A stretch of DNA of 59,757 nt, filler included, from Malassezia furfur (GCA_052055015.1; 2 parts of 2 records of this genome joined end to end with filler, not necessarily neighbours in it), one strand, 5' to 3'. Positions 33,337 through 45,156 are shown, counted from the first letter of the whole stretch. Translations and numbers: made by a program. Notes: generated by a model from the sequence alone, not told the origin.

Positions 33337-34470
33337 ATGAGCGGCGCAGCAGCGGCGCACGGGGCAGGCGCAGCGCAGGTCGTGTGGTCGCGCACGCTGA
33401 ACCCCTACTTCAACCTGGCATGGGAGGACTACCTGCTACGTCTGCGTCCCACCACACCCGTGTGCTTCCTGTACCGGAATGCGCCGTGCGTCGTGGTCGG
33501 GCGGAACCAAAACATCTGGAGCGAACTCGACGCACGCGCCATGCAGCGCGCGCGTGTCCCCGTCGTGCGCCGCCGCAGCGGCGGAGGGACCGTGTACCAC
33601 GACGAGGGCAACATCAACTTTTGCTTCTATGTCGCACGTAGCGCCTTTGCGCGGAATACCCACACCGAACTGGTCGCACGCGCGCTGCGCCAGGCGCCGG
33701 TATCGCTCCCGACGCGCTTCGGCGAGCCGCCCGTGCAGGTGAACGATCGGAACGACCTGTATGTGTATGCGCGGGATGCACAAGCGCCGAATCCCGATGC
33801 GCGCCGCAAGGTGTCCGGCAGCGCGTACAAAATCTCCAGCCAGCACGCCTACCACCACGGCACGCTGCTCCTCGACGCCGACCTCGGCCGCATGCGCCTC
33901 CTGCGCCGCACGTCGGGGGCAAAAATCACCAGCCGCGCCGTCGACTCGGTGTCGTCACCGGTCGCCAATCTGCGCGCGACGTTCCCCGAGCGCGCAGCCC
34001 AGCTCACGCCGCAGGCCGTATTTGAGGCGATCCGCGGCGCGTTTGCAGCGCACTACGGCGAAGCACACACCACGCTCGTCGACGAGCGCGACCTCGGCGC
34101 GGCGCAGCGCGTCAACAACGTGGAGCAAACAGTGCGCAGCGCATACGACGACCTGCAGTCGTGGGACTGGGTGTATGGCTCGTCGCCGGACATGGAGACG
34201 CTGGTGCGCACCGACGACACGCCGTGGGACGGCGTGCGTCTTGCTATGACGCTACGCACCGAGCGAGGCATCGTGACCAGCGTCGAGGTGCACACGCTCG
34301 AGAGCGACGACGCCTCACTGCACGACGCCGTGCGTGGGCTGCAGGGCGAGCGGTACGACGTGCTGGCACCGGCGCCGCCGTCGGCCGTTGCGCCGCACCC
34401 GCGCGATGCAGACGCGGCACAAAGCGCGAGTGCGCGCGCGTTGCGTGCGTGGCTGTTGCGTGCACTGTAG
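33337..34470 (+). CDS. AIM22: Lipoate-protein ligase A / lipoyltransferase (Aim22/Lip3-like)
   Basis: PYFNLAWEDYL, VVVGRNQN, RRRSGGGTVYHD, KVSGSAYK, HHGTLL, WDWVYG. Confidence 0.92.
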   Translation: MSGAAAAHGAGAAQVVWSRTLNPYFNLAWEDYLLRLRPTTPVCFLYRNAPCVVVGRNQNIWSELDARAMQRARVPVVRRRSGGGTVYHDEGNINFCFYVARSAFARNTHTELVARALRQAPVSLPTRFGEPPVQVNDRNDLYVYARDAQAPNPDARRKVSGSAYKISSQHAYHHGTLLLDADLGRMRLLRRTSGAKITSRAVDSVSSPVANLRATFPERAAQLTPQAVFEAIRGAFAAHYGEAHTTLVDERDLGAAQRVNNVEQTVRSAYDDLQSWDWVYGSSPDMETLVRTDDTPWDGVRLAMTLRTERGIVTSVEVHTLESDDASLHDAVRGLQGERYDVLAPAPPSAVAPHPRDADAAQSASARALRAWLLRAL

Positions 34471-34504
34471 GGGAAAACTGCGAGTAATCTACAGGCCGAC
34501 GTGC

Positions 34505-37500
34505 TTAGTTGCCCGAAAGCAGCTCGTCGATCATCATATTGATTTGGGTGCGGCGCTTGCCGAGGTCGGCATTCGGCATCGACGCGCTCAGTGCCTCGCG
34601 CACGTCGCGCTTGGTGATGTGCATCAGACTCGGTTGGGCGGCGAGGAAGGTCTGCACCGCGGCGCGCAGCTCCTGGTCGCTCGGGTCCGTAGTGGTGACC
34701 ACCGGAAGCACCGAGGCGTCCGTCGGCGCGCCCGACCACGGCCGCTCGCCGGTGCCTGGCGTCGCAAAGGGTGCCGGCGGCATACCGTACATCGACATGG
34801 TCGGCGGCATACCCATCGGCATGCCATACATCGACATGGCCGGCGGCATGCCGTACATCGACATCATCGGCGGCATGCCCATTGGCATGCCGTACATCGA
34901 CGTTGTCTGCGACGGGGGCATCGCGTACGTGCTCGGCATCGACGCGCGCGGCATGGGCGTCGAGGCGTGTGATTCGCGCGGCTTTTTGCTGAGCAGATTG
35001 GTGTGCTGGAAGTAGTCGGTGTACTCGGGGTCCGGCGTCATGGTCCGCGTCGCGCGCGACGGCGCATACAGTGGCACGGTGTGCTGCGCCTCGCCCGATT
35101 CGGCAATTTCTTGCTGGTACTCGCTGAAGCGCTTGCGCGGGATCATCGACTCGTCAAACGGCTCGTCGTCCGTGCCGGCAACCACCTTCATGTTTCCCTT
35201 CTCGCCGACGACGACGCGCGTGTTGCCCCACGAGAAGTCGTCCATGTGCCAGAAGGAGTAGATGGGCAGTAGGAAACTGTACAGCGGGTAGGCGAGCAGC
35301 TGGGGTAAGTGCAAAGGCAACGTACGTAGATGACCATCCACCCAATGTACTGCCACTGGCGCTTTAGCAGGAAGATGATGGCCTGCAGACCGTACACGGC
35401 GCCGATCATCGCGAGCGCAATGTACGGCAGCGCCGACTCGCCCGTCGCGACCGTGATGATGAGATACAGCATGTACACGGCGGTCGCGGGCAAGATGATG
35501 GTGCCGAGCAGGTCGATGAACACGATAAAGCGCATCGAGAACTGAGTCAGTGGGCACGCGACGTACCAAGCAGAAGCCACAGAGGCCGTCCATCATGACG
35601 AGCTCGACAAGGTTGTGCACGGTGGAGTTGATCCACCGCCGGCGCTGCGAGAGCAGCACAGAAAACTTCTCCGGCGCGACGGTCGTCGCCGAGGCATCTG
35701 AGCGGAAGCGCGTGCGGTACGAGGGGAAGTGCTTGAGCAGCAGCGTGGTCAGGTAGCGGTCCTCGCCGAGCGCGAACAGGTTCTTCTTGTGCAGCGTATC
35801 CACCTGGTTCTCGGCGTAGTCGTCAATGATGCGGTTCGAGATGAACAGCGGCTGGCCCTTGTCTGCCGAGCGGATGCGGTACATGGAGAAGCAGCCCGGC
35901 AAACACGTCACGCTGCCAAACAGCGACTCGAACGCCTTGGCAAGATTGTGCGAGATGTAGTACTCGTACACCTGCACCATCGTCCACCAGCTGGCCTCCT
36001 CGTTCTCGAGCAGCGTCTCACCACACACGGCGATGATCGAGTGGTCGTGCACGGCGGCGGCCACCAGCCGGTTCATGCCGTCCGCCTTGATGCCCGTGTC
36101 GGCGTCGACCATCAGGATGTACTCGTAGAAGCTCGGGTCGATCCCGATCACGTTCTTCATGTGGTGGTACAGCTCGAGCTCGAGCGGCGACATGGGCTCG
36201 TCAAAGTGCACGCGGTTCAGATAGCGCATCAGCATCACCTGCGTGTCGCGCTTCCCGCGGTTGCCCGGGCGCGAGCGCTCCGAGGGGCGCCCGACCTTGA
36301 CGACGACGACGTACGGCACGACGTTGCCCTCGCACTCGTACAGACCCGAGTACACCTTGGCGTAGTTGAGCTGCTTGGAGCCCTCGGCGACCGAGTGGAA
36401 GGGCAGCGGCTCGGGGTCCACCTTGCTGTCCACGCCCAGGATGTCGAGCACAATGCGCGGCGTCGGGCGGTCGTTGCCGCTGCCGGTAATCATGCCGTCG
36501 CACACGATGAAGAGCAGCTTGCGCTTGTCGTCGTACTCTTGCGTGGTGAACGAGTCGATCGTCTTGCGCAGCGAGTCTTCGCCCTCGGTGTAACACGGGA
36601 TGTGGCAGATCACGAAGCGGTCCTGCTGCTCGGGCGTTGGCTTGCGCACGAGCTGCAGCGCACTCACAAACTTGGAAAAGATGGTGAGGAAGATGAGCAC
36701 GGAGAAGGAGAGCAGGATGTAGTTTTGCGTCTCGCACTTGGCCGTCAGGCGGAAATCGCTCTTGCCCACGTAGAACACATTGTCCAGGCACTGCTGTGTC
36801 TGCGTGCGCTGCTCGGACGGCATGCCATTCAGCACGTTGGCGTAGTCATGCGAGATGTCGCCGCCCGCCTGGGCGTCAAACAGGTCGGTCACGTCGCTGT
36901 CGAGGAAGCTGTACGCATCGTCGCCGCTGTGCAGGTTGATGGTGTACAGGTAGTTGGTCAGGTCGTACAGCTTGCCGTTCACCGTCGCCCACTTGCGCCA
37001 CGAGCCGTCGTTCGCGATCTGCTTCGGGTCGTACACGTAGATGCCCTTGTAGTACTGCTGCATCTTCGGCAGGAACCGCTGAAAGTACCACGACGGGCTG
37101 TCCAGCTTGGTGTTCTGGTACGTCTGCGCCGCGCCCGACGTGTGGATCGCCTGCCCGATCGTCGCAGTGAGGTTCTCGTTGGTCGAGAGCTGCAGCGTGT
37201 CGTCGGTCACCAGCCCGGGGCACCCGACGGACAGCGGCACGGGGAAGTACGGCGTGAGGTCCTGCCCGGCCAGCTTCATCATCACATCGGTCGTCACGGG
37301 CATCGCCGAGAGGTCCGAGTGGTCCATCTTGTAAAACTTGGTGATGTCGTACACCTTGCCCGCCACCGCGACGTAGAACGACTTGGATGTGCTGTGCCCG
37401 CCCAACTGGCCCTCGTTGTACGCCTTGTTGTAGTCGGGACACAGCAGTTGCCCAATGCCGATAATATAGAAGAGCACCGCGGCACACAGGAAAAAGATCA

Positions 37501-40291
37501 GCAGGCAGATGGTCAGCTTCTCGCGCCACGCCATCCGCACGTCGGGTCGCTTCATACCCCCGACGTTGGACAGCACCGAGCTGGGGATGTACCACGTCAA
37601 CGCCCACGTCAACCGCATCCACCACCGCCGCAGCCGCGTCGTGGGCACCGACTCGACCCCGGTCGGTGCCAGCAGGCCGTCTTTCTCATACGCCACCTCA
37701 CCAGGCGCCGGCGCCCACGACGTGAGCGGCACCGCATCAGGAGGGTATGTGGGCTCCTGCGGCAGCGGCTTCTCGTCGCCGGGCAGCAGCGACACCTCTG
37801 AACCATTCGCTTGGAGGTCCATCGGCGCATAGCCTGCTTCGTACGTCGCAGACCCATGCACGTCGCTGTATCCCGGCTCGACGTACGTGTGTGACAGTGG
37901 GTCGCTGCCATGCGCCTGGCTCGACGGCTGCGTACCGGACGCGGACGAGTACGCCGAGTAGCGCGGCAAAGCGTCTTGCCGGGAGGCACCGAGCGTCGTG
38001 CGCTTCGGCGCCGCGGCCAGCGCCGCAGCGCCGACGCTGCGCTCGCCCGTCGCATGGCGCAGCATGTCCTCGAGCGTAAAGTAGGCCACGTACGAGAAGC
38101 ACACCTGCGTGTTGCCCAGCACCATTTCGTTCGGCTCCGTCCAGCCCTGGGCGTACGCAAACTCGAGGAGCACACCGCGCGCGTCGGCGGCGGCCATTAC
38201 CGTGTCGCCGAGCGTCGCATGGAGCACCGGGTTGTAGCGCGCGCAGAATGCCTCGAACGACACGGGCGCAAGGTGGCTGTACTGCAGGCGACGCAGCAGC
38301 TGCGGCAGCGCCAGCGCCTTGATCTGCCGCGTGACGCGCTTCGTGTCGAAGGCGTTGGGCTGCGACAGGTCGTTGGGGCGCATGCACACGATGCGCCAGC
38401 ACGTGTCGGCGCTTTGCACGTTGTGCGCCAGTGCCAGCAGTGCCGTGTCGAGCTGCTGCGAGACGCTCTGCACGCGCCCGGCGTCCCAATGCACCGTGCG
38501 CCCATCGAGCGGCGTCGGGCGGCGCAGAGGATGCGTCGCGACCTGTGCGCGCAGCACCACCTGGTGGTCCGCAAGGTGCGACTCGATCGTCATGCCAGGA
38601 CCCGCAAACAGCCGCGTGATAAACGTGCTGCCCGACGTGCGCAGCAGCTGGTACTGCTGCGTGGGCAGCAGATCCAGCTCGGAGCGCTGGTGCTGCGTCA
38701 CCGTGTACGCACACGGGCCGAGCGTGTGGTTGATGTCGAACGACAGTGTGCCGCGGCGGGGGTCGCTCGGGCTGAACGCACGGTTCGTGCAGTAGGCGTC
38801 CAGGTCGGACACAAGCGCACGGTCGTCGCTCTCCTTGCGAATGCCGTCGAGCACGAGGTGGAACGCACGGTCGTAGTCGCCCATCAGCCCGCCGGGCGCG
38901 GGCGCATCGGCGTCCAGCGGCACGGGGCCGCCTCGCAGCAGCGACATGACATCGGCATACTTGCCCGAGGGCGGCACACTGAGTCCGTCGGCACGCAGCT
39001 GCGCATTGCGCGGCGAACTCTCGTCGAGGACGGAGCGCAGGTCGACGTGCCGCAGCAGCTCGGCCACATAGTTCTTCATCAGATCGTCAAAGTGGCCCGC
39101 ACGCGGCAGGCCCGCCTCCGCCCGCGTCACAAACCCGGGCGTGTCGAGCTGGACAATGTGGAGCGGATGCGTCGCCTGGTGCGGCGCGAGCTTCTGGTTC
39201 ACCACCTCGACCACAAATGCAAACAGCACCGCATACAAGTTTTCCACAAGCGCATCGCGCTGCCGCCGCGCGGCACGCACGTTGAGCATCTGCGTCACGC
39301 GCTCGTTGCCAAGGTACCGCGTGTCCATCACCAGGCACTGCGCCAAGTCCTCGGCGCGCACTTGCAGCACGTCAGCGGCGCGCTCCAGCGCACGTTGCGT
39401 CGTGATGTGCGCTGCCTGTCCGTCGGCAGGCGGCTCGCCAAAGTCGACATCGGAAAGGTGCAGCAGTGCGGCCAGCACACGGAACAGACCCTGGACGTGC
39501 TTCTCCTTCAGACCGAGTGCGGCCAACGCACTGCGCGTCCAGTCGCACGCGCGCGCATCCTCACGCGACGGCGACGTCCCTGGCGGGAGCATGGCCGGCG
39601 CGGTCAGGTCGCTCAGATGGTACGCCACCTGCTCGTCGTGTGTTGCACCGGCAAGCAGCTGGTAAAAGATGGCATAGACACGCTCGCCAGGCGCCTTGTC
39701 GTGCAGCCGGTGTTGGTCAAGGCCAAAGGTGAGTAGTTTTGCACCACACATCCGGCCCTCGGGGCCAAAGTGCAGCTCAAGGTAGGTCGCATGCCGCGAC
39801 GAACGCTCCGAGAAGCCGGTGCGCGCCGTGCCGAAGGCGCCCAGCACATGCTGCGCACACCGCACCTGGTCCGCGAGGTGCGCCTCCTGTGGCGTATTGC
39901 TCGATGCGAGCGTCAGCAGATGCTCGGTAACCAGCTGCATCGTATGCGTCTTGCCCGCATCGGTCATGCCGTGGTACACAATCGACTGCGATTGCTGTGT
40001 CCGCAACATGCGGTGGTACGCGCGCGCAGCTAGTGCACACGGATGCGGAGCCACCGCGGTAAGGTCGTGGTACACCGAGGCATGCTCCGCTGCCTCGGCG
40101 TCCATCCCGCTCTGGTCGCGGTAGGGGTTGACGGACACCAGCGTCGTCGCCGATGCCCAGGTATAGGGGTGCGAGTGCGCAAGCCGCTCACTAAGGACAG
40201 CTGCAATCGCAGCCTCACTCACTACGCCATCTTCTGCAGCCAGCACCAGGGCCGCAAGGTCCGCTGGTGTCTCCTCGCCAGCCTGCGCCAT
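34505..40291 (-). CDS. Chitin synthase with N-terminal myosin-motor-like domain, cytochrome b5-like domains and DEK-C tail (class V/VII)
   Basis: Myosin-like head (LVSVNPY, P-loop-like [14 protein letters not shown]), LGEDRYL, QRRRW, C-terminal DEK-C. Introns 35542-35566 and 35300-35325. Confidence 0.96.
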   Translation of the reverse strand: MAQAGEETPADLAALVLAAEDGVVSEAAIAAVLSERLAHSHPYTWASATTLVSVNPYRDQSGMDAEAAEHASVYHDLTAVAPHPCALAARAYHRMLRTQQSQSIVYHGMTDAGKTHTMQLVTEHLLTLASSNTPQEAHLADQVRCAQHVLGAFGTARTGFSERSSRHATYLELHFGPEGRMCGAKLLTFGLDQHRLHDKAPGERVYAIFYQLLAGATHDEQVAYHLSDLTAPAMLPPGTSPSREDARACDWTRSALAALGLKEKHVQGLFRVLAALLHLSDVDFGEPPADGQAAHITTQRALERAADVLQVRAEDLAQCLVMDTRYLGNERVTQMLNVRAARRQRDALVENLYAVLFAFVVEVVNQKLAPHQATHPLHIVQLDTPGFVTRAEAGLPRAGHFDDLMKNYVAELLRHVDLRSVLDESSPRNAQLRADGLSVPPSGKYADVMSLLRGGPVPLDADAPAPGGLMGDYDRAFHLVLDGIRKESDDRALVSDLDAYCTNRAFSPSDPRRGTLSFDINHTLGPCAYTVTQHQRSELDLLPTQQYQLLRTSGSTFITRLFAGPGMTIESHLADHQVVLRAQVATHPLRRPTPLDGRTVHWDAGRVQSVSQQLDTALLALAHNVQSADTCWRIVCMRPNDLSQPNAFDTKRVTRQIKALALPQLLRRLQYSHLAPVSFEAFCARYNPVLHATLGDTVMAAADARGVLLEFAYAQGWTEPNEMVLGNTQVCFSYVAYFTLEDMLRHATGERSVGAAALAAAPKRTTLGASRQDALPRYSAYSSASGTQPSSQAHGSDPLSHTYVEPGYSDVHGSATYEAGYAPMDLQANGSEVSLLPGDEKPLPQEPTYPPDAVPLTSWAPAPGEVAYEKDGLLAPTGVESVPTTRLRRWWMRLTWALTWYIPSSVLSNVGGMKRPDVRMAWREKLTICLLIFFLCAAVLFYIIGIGQLLCPDYNKAYNEGQLGGHSTSKSFYVAVAGKVYDITKFYKMDHSDLSAMPVTTDVMMKLAGQDLTPYFPVPLSVGCPGLVTDDTLQLSTNENLTATIGQAIHTSGAAQTYQNTKLDSPSWYFQRFLPKMQQYYKGIYVYDPKQIANDGSWRKWATVNGKLYDLTNYLYTINLHSGDDAYSFLDSDVTDLFDAQAGGDISHDYANVLNGMPSEQRTQTQQCLDNVFYVGKSDFRLTAKCETQNYILLSFSVLIFLTIFSKFVSALQLVRKPTPEQQDRFVICHIPCYTEGEDSLRKTIDSFTTQEYDDKRKLLFIVCDGMITGSGNDRPTPRIVLDILGVDSKVDPEPLPFHSVAEGSKQLNYAKVYSGLYECEGNVVPYVVVVKVGRPSERSRPGNRGKRDTQVMLMRYLNRVHFDEPMSPLELELYHHMKNVIGIDPSFYEYILMVDADTGIKADGMNRLVAAAVHDHSIIAVCGETLLENEEASWWTMVQVYEYYISHNLAKAFESLFGSVTCLPGCFSMYRIRSADKGQPLFISNRIIDDYAENQVDTLHKKNLFALGEDRYLTTLLLKHFPSYRTRFRSDASATTVAPEKFSVLLSQRRRWINSTVHNLVELVMMDGLCGFCLVRRVPTDSVLDALYRVHRPARHHHLARDRRVHAVSHHHGRDGRVGAAVHCARDDRRRVRSAGHHLPAKAPVAVHWVDGHLRTLPLHLPQLLAYPLYSFLLPIYSFWHMDDFSWGNTRVVVGEKGNMKVVAGTDDEPFDESMIPRKRFSEYQQEIAESGEAQHTVPLYAPSRATRTMTPDPEYTDYFQHTNLLSKKPRESHASTPMPRASMPSTYAMPPSQTTSMYGMPMGMPPMMSMYGMPPAMSMYGMPMGMPPTMSMYGMPPAPFATPGTGERPWSGAPTDASVLPVVTTTDPSDQELRAAVQTFLAAQPSLMHITKRDVREALSASMPNADLGKRRTQINMMIDELLSGN
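34775..34900 (-). repeat. Coding tandem repeat, four SMYGMP(MGMP)P units, in the chitin synthase tail
   Basis: Recurring ggcatgcc(g/a)tacatcgacat units; translation [42 protein letters not shown]. Bounds approximate. Confidence 0.85.
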
Positions 40292-40366
40292 GGCGTCCCT
40301 GAAACTGCACTGCCTCGGAACGCCGAGTGTTGGTCTCGTATTTTGAATCGGTCGGCCGACGCGGCC

Positions 40367-41207
40367 TTAAGACGGGTGGAGGTCGGCCCACCACGCGTCC
40401 AGGACGTTGGTCAGTGCGTCGAGGGACGACGCGGTCAAAAAGAAGTGGTCCTCGTCGAGCGAGCGCACCACTACATGGGGAGCGGCGAGGGATCCGACCC
40501 ACGATGCATATGTCTGGTGTCAGCACATAGGCAACCCACCGATGCAGACGTAAATTGGTCGCGCGTCGTCGTGACCAGCAAGGCACGTGTATTGCCTTCG
40601 GCACACTTTCGCACCATCTGCTCCAATGCTCGCTGGAAAAAGCTGCCATGGAAAGACGTCAGGGCCCACCGGACGCCGAGGGGGTATGAGAGAAGGACAT
40701 AGCGTAAGGGTACCTCGCTCCATGCTCCCGTGCGCGGCGCGTGCGCGGTCGATGCCCTAGAGGTTAGCGAGCCACGTACTGCAGTGCGCCAGCACTGTAT
40801 CCCTGTGTGTGAGTTGCTTGTACATACACATAAGTAGAGCTCCGCATCGGCGCTGGGCGGCCCAATCTCAGCAAGCACCGCATCGACAACCGCCTCGATA
40901 AGTACCAAGACGCACCTGATAGTCCTCGCTCTCGGGGCACATGGTCCAAGAAATTCGTCCCCCACTCTCCCCAACGCCGCGCGTATCAAACGTCACGGCG
41001 TGCAGGCCCAATCGAACAAAGGTGTGTGCGACCGCCTGGACGACGTGATTGTCCTGCGATCCGCCGACGTACGCATACGCTGCGCTTAGACCCCGCCTAC
41101 GTACGATGCCCGATCACCACCACACCACAACTCGCACATTTCGGCACATGCACGCGCACATCCAGCGTGATGCGCGGCGCGACGCGCACCTGCAGCGCGG
41201 TCGGCAT
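40367..41207 (-). CDS. Alpha/beta-hydrolase-fold serine hydrolase, absent from the ORF track
   Basis: Removing introns 41080-41104, 40894-40915, 40803-40827, 40757-40779 and 40514-40539 gives one ORF of about 240 aa with HPYAYVGG, FDTRGVGES, GYSAG, RDQF and DHFF. Confidence 0.88.
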
Positions 41208-41236
41208 CGACAGCGTATATTAGGTAAGCTACGGAG

Positions 41237-43642
41237 CTAGTCGGTGTCCGGACCCAAGGTGAGGCTCTCGTGTGTGATCACACGGTCGACGGGGGCAGCG
41301 CGCTCAGCGTGTTCCATGTAGGTGCTGTGAATGGAGCTGTCACTCATGCCCCGTGCGCGGGGCCGGAGTGTGCGTGTGGGGTCAAAGAGGTCGCCATAGC
41401 GCATATGCATCGCATCGTCGTTCCGCATGCGCGTCGACTGACGCAGATCAGACGTGTCGCGCAGGCGTGAGGGCGGCGCCAGATGCGACGACCGCATCGG
41501 CATACCACGCGCTCCCATGTGTTGTGGGAAGTGCGAGCCGGCCACGGACACCTGTGAGCCGCATGCCTGGACGGCCATCGGGGTGGGTTTAGCCACCGAC
41601 GCACGCGGCATCATGTGCACAGGTAGCGCATTTGCGCGCCGCCGCTCGGGCACGGGCGTCGTTGGCGTAGGCGTAGGCGGTGCCGATCCGAGGATCCGCG
41701 AAAACATAGACTCCTGCGGCGTCGTCGGCGCGGGAGATTTAGGCGGCGGCGGCGGCGAAGGCGCTTCGGTGTTGCTGAGCGCACCCGTCAAGATGCGCGA
41801 GATCCAGGAGCCTTTCGGTGCATAGTCCATGCTGGCCTGCAGCTGCTCGTGGAGAATGCTGGCCGCGTTCGTTGGGTTGAGGTGCACGTCGTTAACCGCA
41901 CGCCGCAGACGCGCAACTTCCAGGAGCACTTCGCGAAACAGCTTAATCAGCGCGAAGAAGTCGCGGCGCGTCACCAGACTCATATCGGGGGTATCGCGCA
42001 CGCCCACACGACTTTCGCGCGCCTCGCGATCGATCTGGCGCCGGAAATGCTCTCGCAGGTTCTCCACGTCCCGAACAGATGACTGGATAGTGGTCTGGGA
42101 CAAATGCGAGACGTCGCCTGCGAGCTTCTGGCGCTGCAGCCGCGCTGCGAGCGTGTCGATATCGGCATTCGCAAGCTTGGTGTAGGCACGCTGCACAAAC
42201 TCGAGCACCGCGGCCAGCTGTGCGGTGCGCGCATCATGGTGCACATCATAGTCCCGGTCCGAGCTAAACGTGTGCATCGAATGCGCGTCGTTGCTCGACT
42301 TGTCGTCGTGCATCGTGTGAGAATGAAGCGAGGGTGTGGTAACCGACGTGCCGTCGCTTCGCCGGCCTTCGAAAAAGTGCTCGCCACGCGAGGAGCCTGA
42401 AGGAACGCGTGCAGTGCCATCGCTGGAGATCGTGGCGACGCTCGGCGCAGAGGTCATGGTCTGAGCGTCTTGTGATGGCTTGGCTGCAGTCTCGGATGGA
42501 GCGGTGTCGTCATGCGACATAGAGAGTTCGGCATCCGATGGGCCCTCCAGCGCAGGATGCTCGGGGTTGGGCACATCGTCGCGCATCTCCAGGTCCGTAC
42601 GCGCCTTGGACAGCTTCCGCAGGCGCTTGATCTCTTGCCGGCACGCATCGAACGTCGTCCGCAGCTTCGCGTTCTCGGCCGTGACCGACTCGTACTCGTC
42701 CATGAGCGACTGAATGGCCATCTCCTCTTTGGGAACTGCTTTGGACAGGCGCTGGAACAGGGGAGTCCAAGAAGATAGGGGCGTCAGTTGGTCGTTCATC
42801 CCACTGAGGACTTCGCTCAGATCAAAACACCGCTTCGCCATCACTTGCTCGCTCCGGCATTCGGCGGCACGCGCACGACGCCGCTCCACGTCGAGTTCAT
42901 GGCGAACGTCTTGCAGCTCGGACGTGGCATAGTCGAGTTTTGTTTCGAGATTCACGGCTTTCAGACGGTGTGCCTTCATTTGCTTCAGTTGCTGCCGAAC
43001 GTCAGACAGCTCGGTCAGGAGCGCGTGGTGACTCTGATCTGCAGCCTCCAAGTTGAACTTGGTCTGCGACAGCTGTCGCTCAAGCATCTGGTTGTCCTTG
43101 ATACTTTGGGTGAGTCGTGCAAGAAGCTGATCGCGTTGCTGTACATGTTCTTCGGTTTCTTGCTGGGTTTTGTGCACGAGGGCGTCTTGGCGTTTCAAAA
43201 GCGCCTGCCCAATCTCGGCACTCAGTTGCAAGTCAGATTCTAGGTCGCGGATCTGCTGCCCAAACCGCCGTGTCGCATCGCACTGCAGTTGTCCACAGCA
43301 ACATTGCACACGAAGTCCACTCGAGACCGAAGTGTCGTCATCTGCGACGCTAGCGCGACTCAAACTCCGCCCGTCTTCACTGCTTGTGAGGCTTTGGTGG
43401 GATACACGATGCAGGGACGAGCGCGACCCGTCCACAACGCGTCGATTCGCGCCCAACTCGGACAAGATCCGCGAAAACTCATCCACCGACGGTTTCCGCT
43501 GCAAACCACTTACCGAGTCTTCTAGCTCGGCTAATTCATCCAGAGAAATGGCACTTGATGCTGGTGTTGTATCAAGATACGCGCTGGGACGCCGCCGCAC
43601 TTGCCGCTGCGTGGCGCCCCAAGAGCTCGATGGGATGCTCAT
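41237..43642 (-). CDS. Uncharacterised coiled-coil protein with a CCCG motif and CC1-box-like motif
   Basis: About 800-aa intronless ORF; CCCGQLQC...DLESDLQLSAEIGQALL followed by long heptad repeats. First ATG at 43642. Confidence 0.8.
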   Translation of the reverse strand: MSIPSSSWGATQRQVRRRPSAYLDTTPASSAISLDELAELEDSVSGLQRKPSVDEFSRILSELGANRRVVDGSRSSLHRVSHQSLTSSEDGRSLSRASVADDDTSVSSGLRVQCCCGQLQCDATRRFGQQIRDLESDLQLSAEIGQALLKRQDALVHKTQQETEEHVQQRDQLLARLTQSIKDNQMLERQLSQTKFNLEAADQSHHALLTELSDVRQQLKQMKAHRLKAVNLETKLDYATSELQDVRHELDVERRRARAAECRSEQVMAKRCFDLSEVLSGMNDQLTPLSSWTPLFQRLSKAVPKEEMAIQSLMDEYESVTAENAKLRTTFDACRQEIKRLRKLSKARTDLEMRDDVPNPEHPALEGPSDAELSMSHDDTAPSETAAKPSQDAQTMTSAPSVATISSDGTARVPSGSSRGEHFFEGRRSDGTSVTTPSLHSHTMHDDKSSNDAHSMHTFSSDRDYDVHHDARTAQLAAVLEFVQRAYTKLANADIDTLAARLQRQKLAGDVSHLSQTTIQSSVRDVENLREHFRRQIDREARESRVGVRDTPDMSLVTRRDFFALIKLFREVLLEVARLRRAVNDVHLNPTNAASILHEQLQASMDYAPKGSWISRILTGALSNTEAPSPPPPPKSPAPTTPQESMFSRILGSAPPTPTPTTPVPERRRANALPVHMMPRASVAKPTPMAVQACGSQVSVAGSHFPQHMGARGMPMRSSHLAPPSRLRDTSDLRQSTRMRNDDAMHMRYGDLFDPTRTLRPRARGMSDSSIHSTYMEHAERAAPVDRVITHESLTLGPDTD

Positions 43643-43816
43643 CGCGTATGGCACGATCCAAAAAAGCCGCGCGCGTTCCTAGTGTGCTTTATTTTGCTGA
43701 CTCAGCGACCGACGCGTATCGCGTGCCAAGACTGCGGGGAGTCGCCGGGAGACCGACCAGGCGTGGTCGTCGCGGAGCGTAGGGGATGCGGCAGGTACAT
43801 GTGATGATGTCTATGT

Positions 43817-44547
43817 CTATGTAGCAGGGCGAAGAGCACGTAGTCTCTGTGCGAGTGCCTCGTCGGTATCTGCTTGGGCCTTTTGCTTGTCGGCCTCGCC
43901 GGTCGGCAGCTCTGCCACTTTGCCCTCTAGCCGCGCTTCACCCAGCTGGTGGTTGAGCTCAATTCCATTCTGGTCAGCGACCTGTTGCATGAGCGTGTCC
44001 ACTTGGTCCTGGGGCATGCCCGTTGCAGTCGTTGACCCCATGGTCGATTCCATGTAGGACGTTTGGACATCGACATCTTCGAGTTGGTTCTCAAACTTGT
44101 CCATTACCATAGAGATCTTCAGGTCAGTAGAGATACGTACGCGCTCCAGGTCCATGGTTTGCATGGCACGGTCTAGACCTTTGACCACCGAGGTCATATT
44201 CCCCGTTACTTGCCGCATTGCCACAGCCGTTTCCACACGGCTGGCAACCGCATCAATCCGGCTGCTAAGACGAAGCAAGTTCAGCGACTCGTTCTTCTTC
44301 CTGATCGAGTTCGCAGCGTAGATCCGGGCACCCTCGACATTATCCTGTGCAAGCGCCTAGATTAGACCTTGGAAGGCTCACCTTTTTCAGCTTTGCCTTC
44401 TCTGTGACTTCGTCACGGCTAGCCTTGTTTGCTTGGCGCTGGAGCGACTTGGCAGTGAACTGGATTAGCGAATACGCGTACTTTCAGCTGGAAGAGCGAC
44501 TCTGTCGTTAGTGTTTGCTTTGCCTACGCACTTTCCAATCCGCTCAT
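43817..44547 (-). CDS. DID2: ESCRT-III accessory protein Did2/Vps46/CHMP1
   Basis: Spliced start MSGLEKSLFQLKFTAKSLQRQANK...ARIYAANSIRKKNE; C-terminal LAQRLRALR. Introns 44502-44531, 44460-44481, 44357-44381, 44117-44140. Confidence 0.96.
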
Positions 44548-44609
44548 ACTCCACAAAGGCGAAGCGAGAAACGTGCGTTCACGCGGTGTGGAGGTTCCAG
44601 AAGGTGACG

Positions 44610-45143
44610 ATGGCTTCTGATTCTCCGATCAGCGCGCTCCAAGCCCAGGTGCTGCCGGTGTGGGAGTCGCTGCGCTCCAAGGCGACCGACCCACGCCCAG
44701 CATATGTCCTTTCTGGTATCTGTATGTTTCTAGCTAATCCAGGCGCCGCTGCGTTGCCTTTTGGTTTCGCCCATGCATCCTTGAACGCGCATGCGACCTA
44801 CAAAATTCCGCGACTCGTCCCTCCCTTCTGGCAGCTCGCTGGCTTCGGCGCACTATTTGCGACGGGTGGATATATTATTGGGCAAGGTGATACGCTGAAT
44901 GGGAGTGGCGTGATTACAGGTGCGTTGCATGGCTTGCTAACCCTAGCATGGTCCTTAACGTACGCGACGTTCAAGACGCTGCCGACTCTTCCCTGGCTGT
45001 GGAGATCGCCCATCTCGCTGGCACTGAGCACAGCGGTCCTTGGGATTGGTATCGGTGTATACGGTAATTACTATTTCGACAAGGCGAGTTGGCGCGGGGC
45101 CATTCCGGGGCTGATGCCGAAACCGAACACCAAAGACAAATAA
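44610..45143 (+). CDS. Aim19-like small mitochondrial membrane protein
   Basis: FGALFATGGYIIGQGDTLNGSGVITAWSLTY resembles the Aim19 family. Introns 44722-44742 and 44920-44946. Confidence 0.7.
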   Translation: MASDSPISALQAQVLPVWESLRSKATDPRPAYVLSGICMFLANPGAAALPFGFAHASLNAHATYKIPRLVPPFWQLAGFGALFATGGYIIGQGDTLNGSGVITGALHGLLTLAWSLTYATFKTLPTLPWLWRSPISLALSTAVLGIGIGVYGNYYFDKASWRGAIPGLMPKPNTKDK

Positions 45144-45156
45144 GGGTATATCTTGA

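Noticed and set aside
35326..35541. Odd Arg/His-rich segment in the 1928-aa chitin synthase ORF
   Set aside because: Artefact: introns of 25 and 26 nt sum to 51, so the ORF reads through an exon in the wrong frame; the correct frame is a normal transmembrane region.
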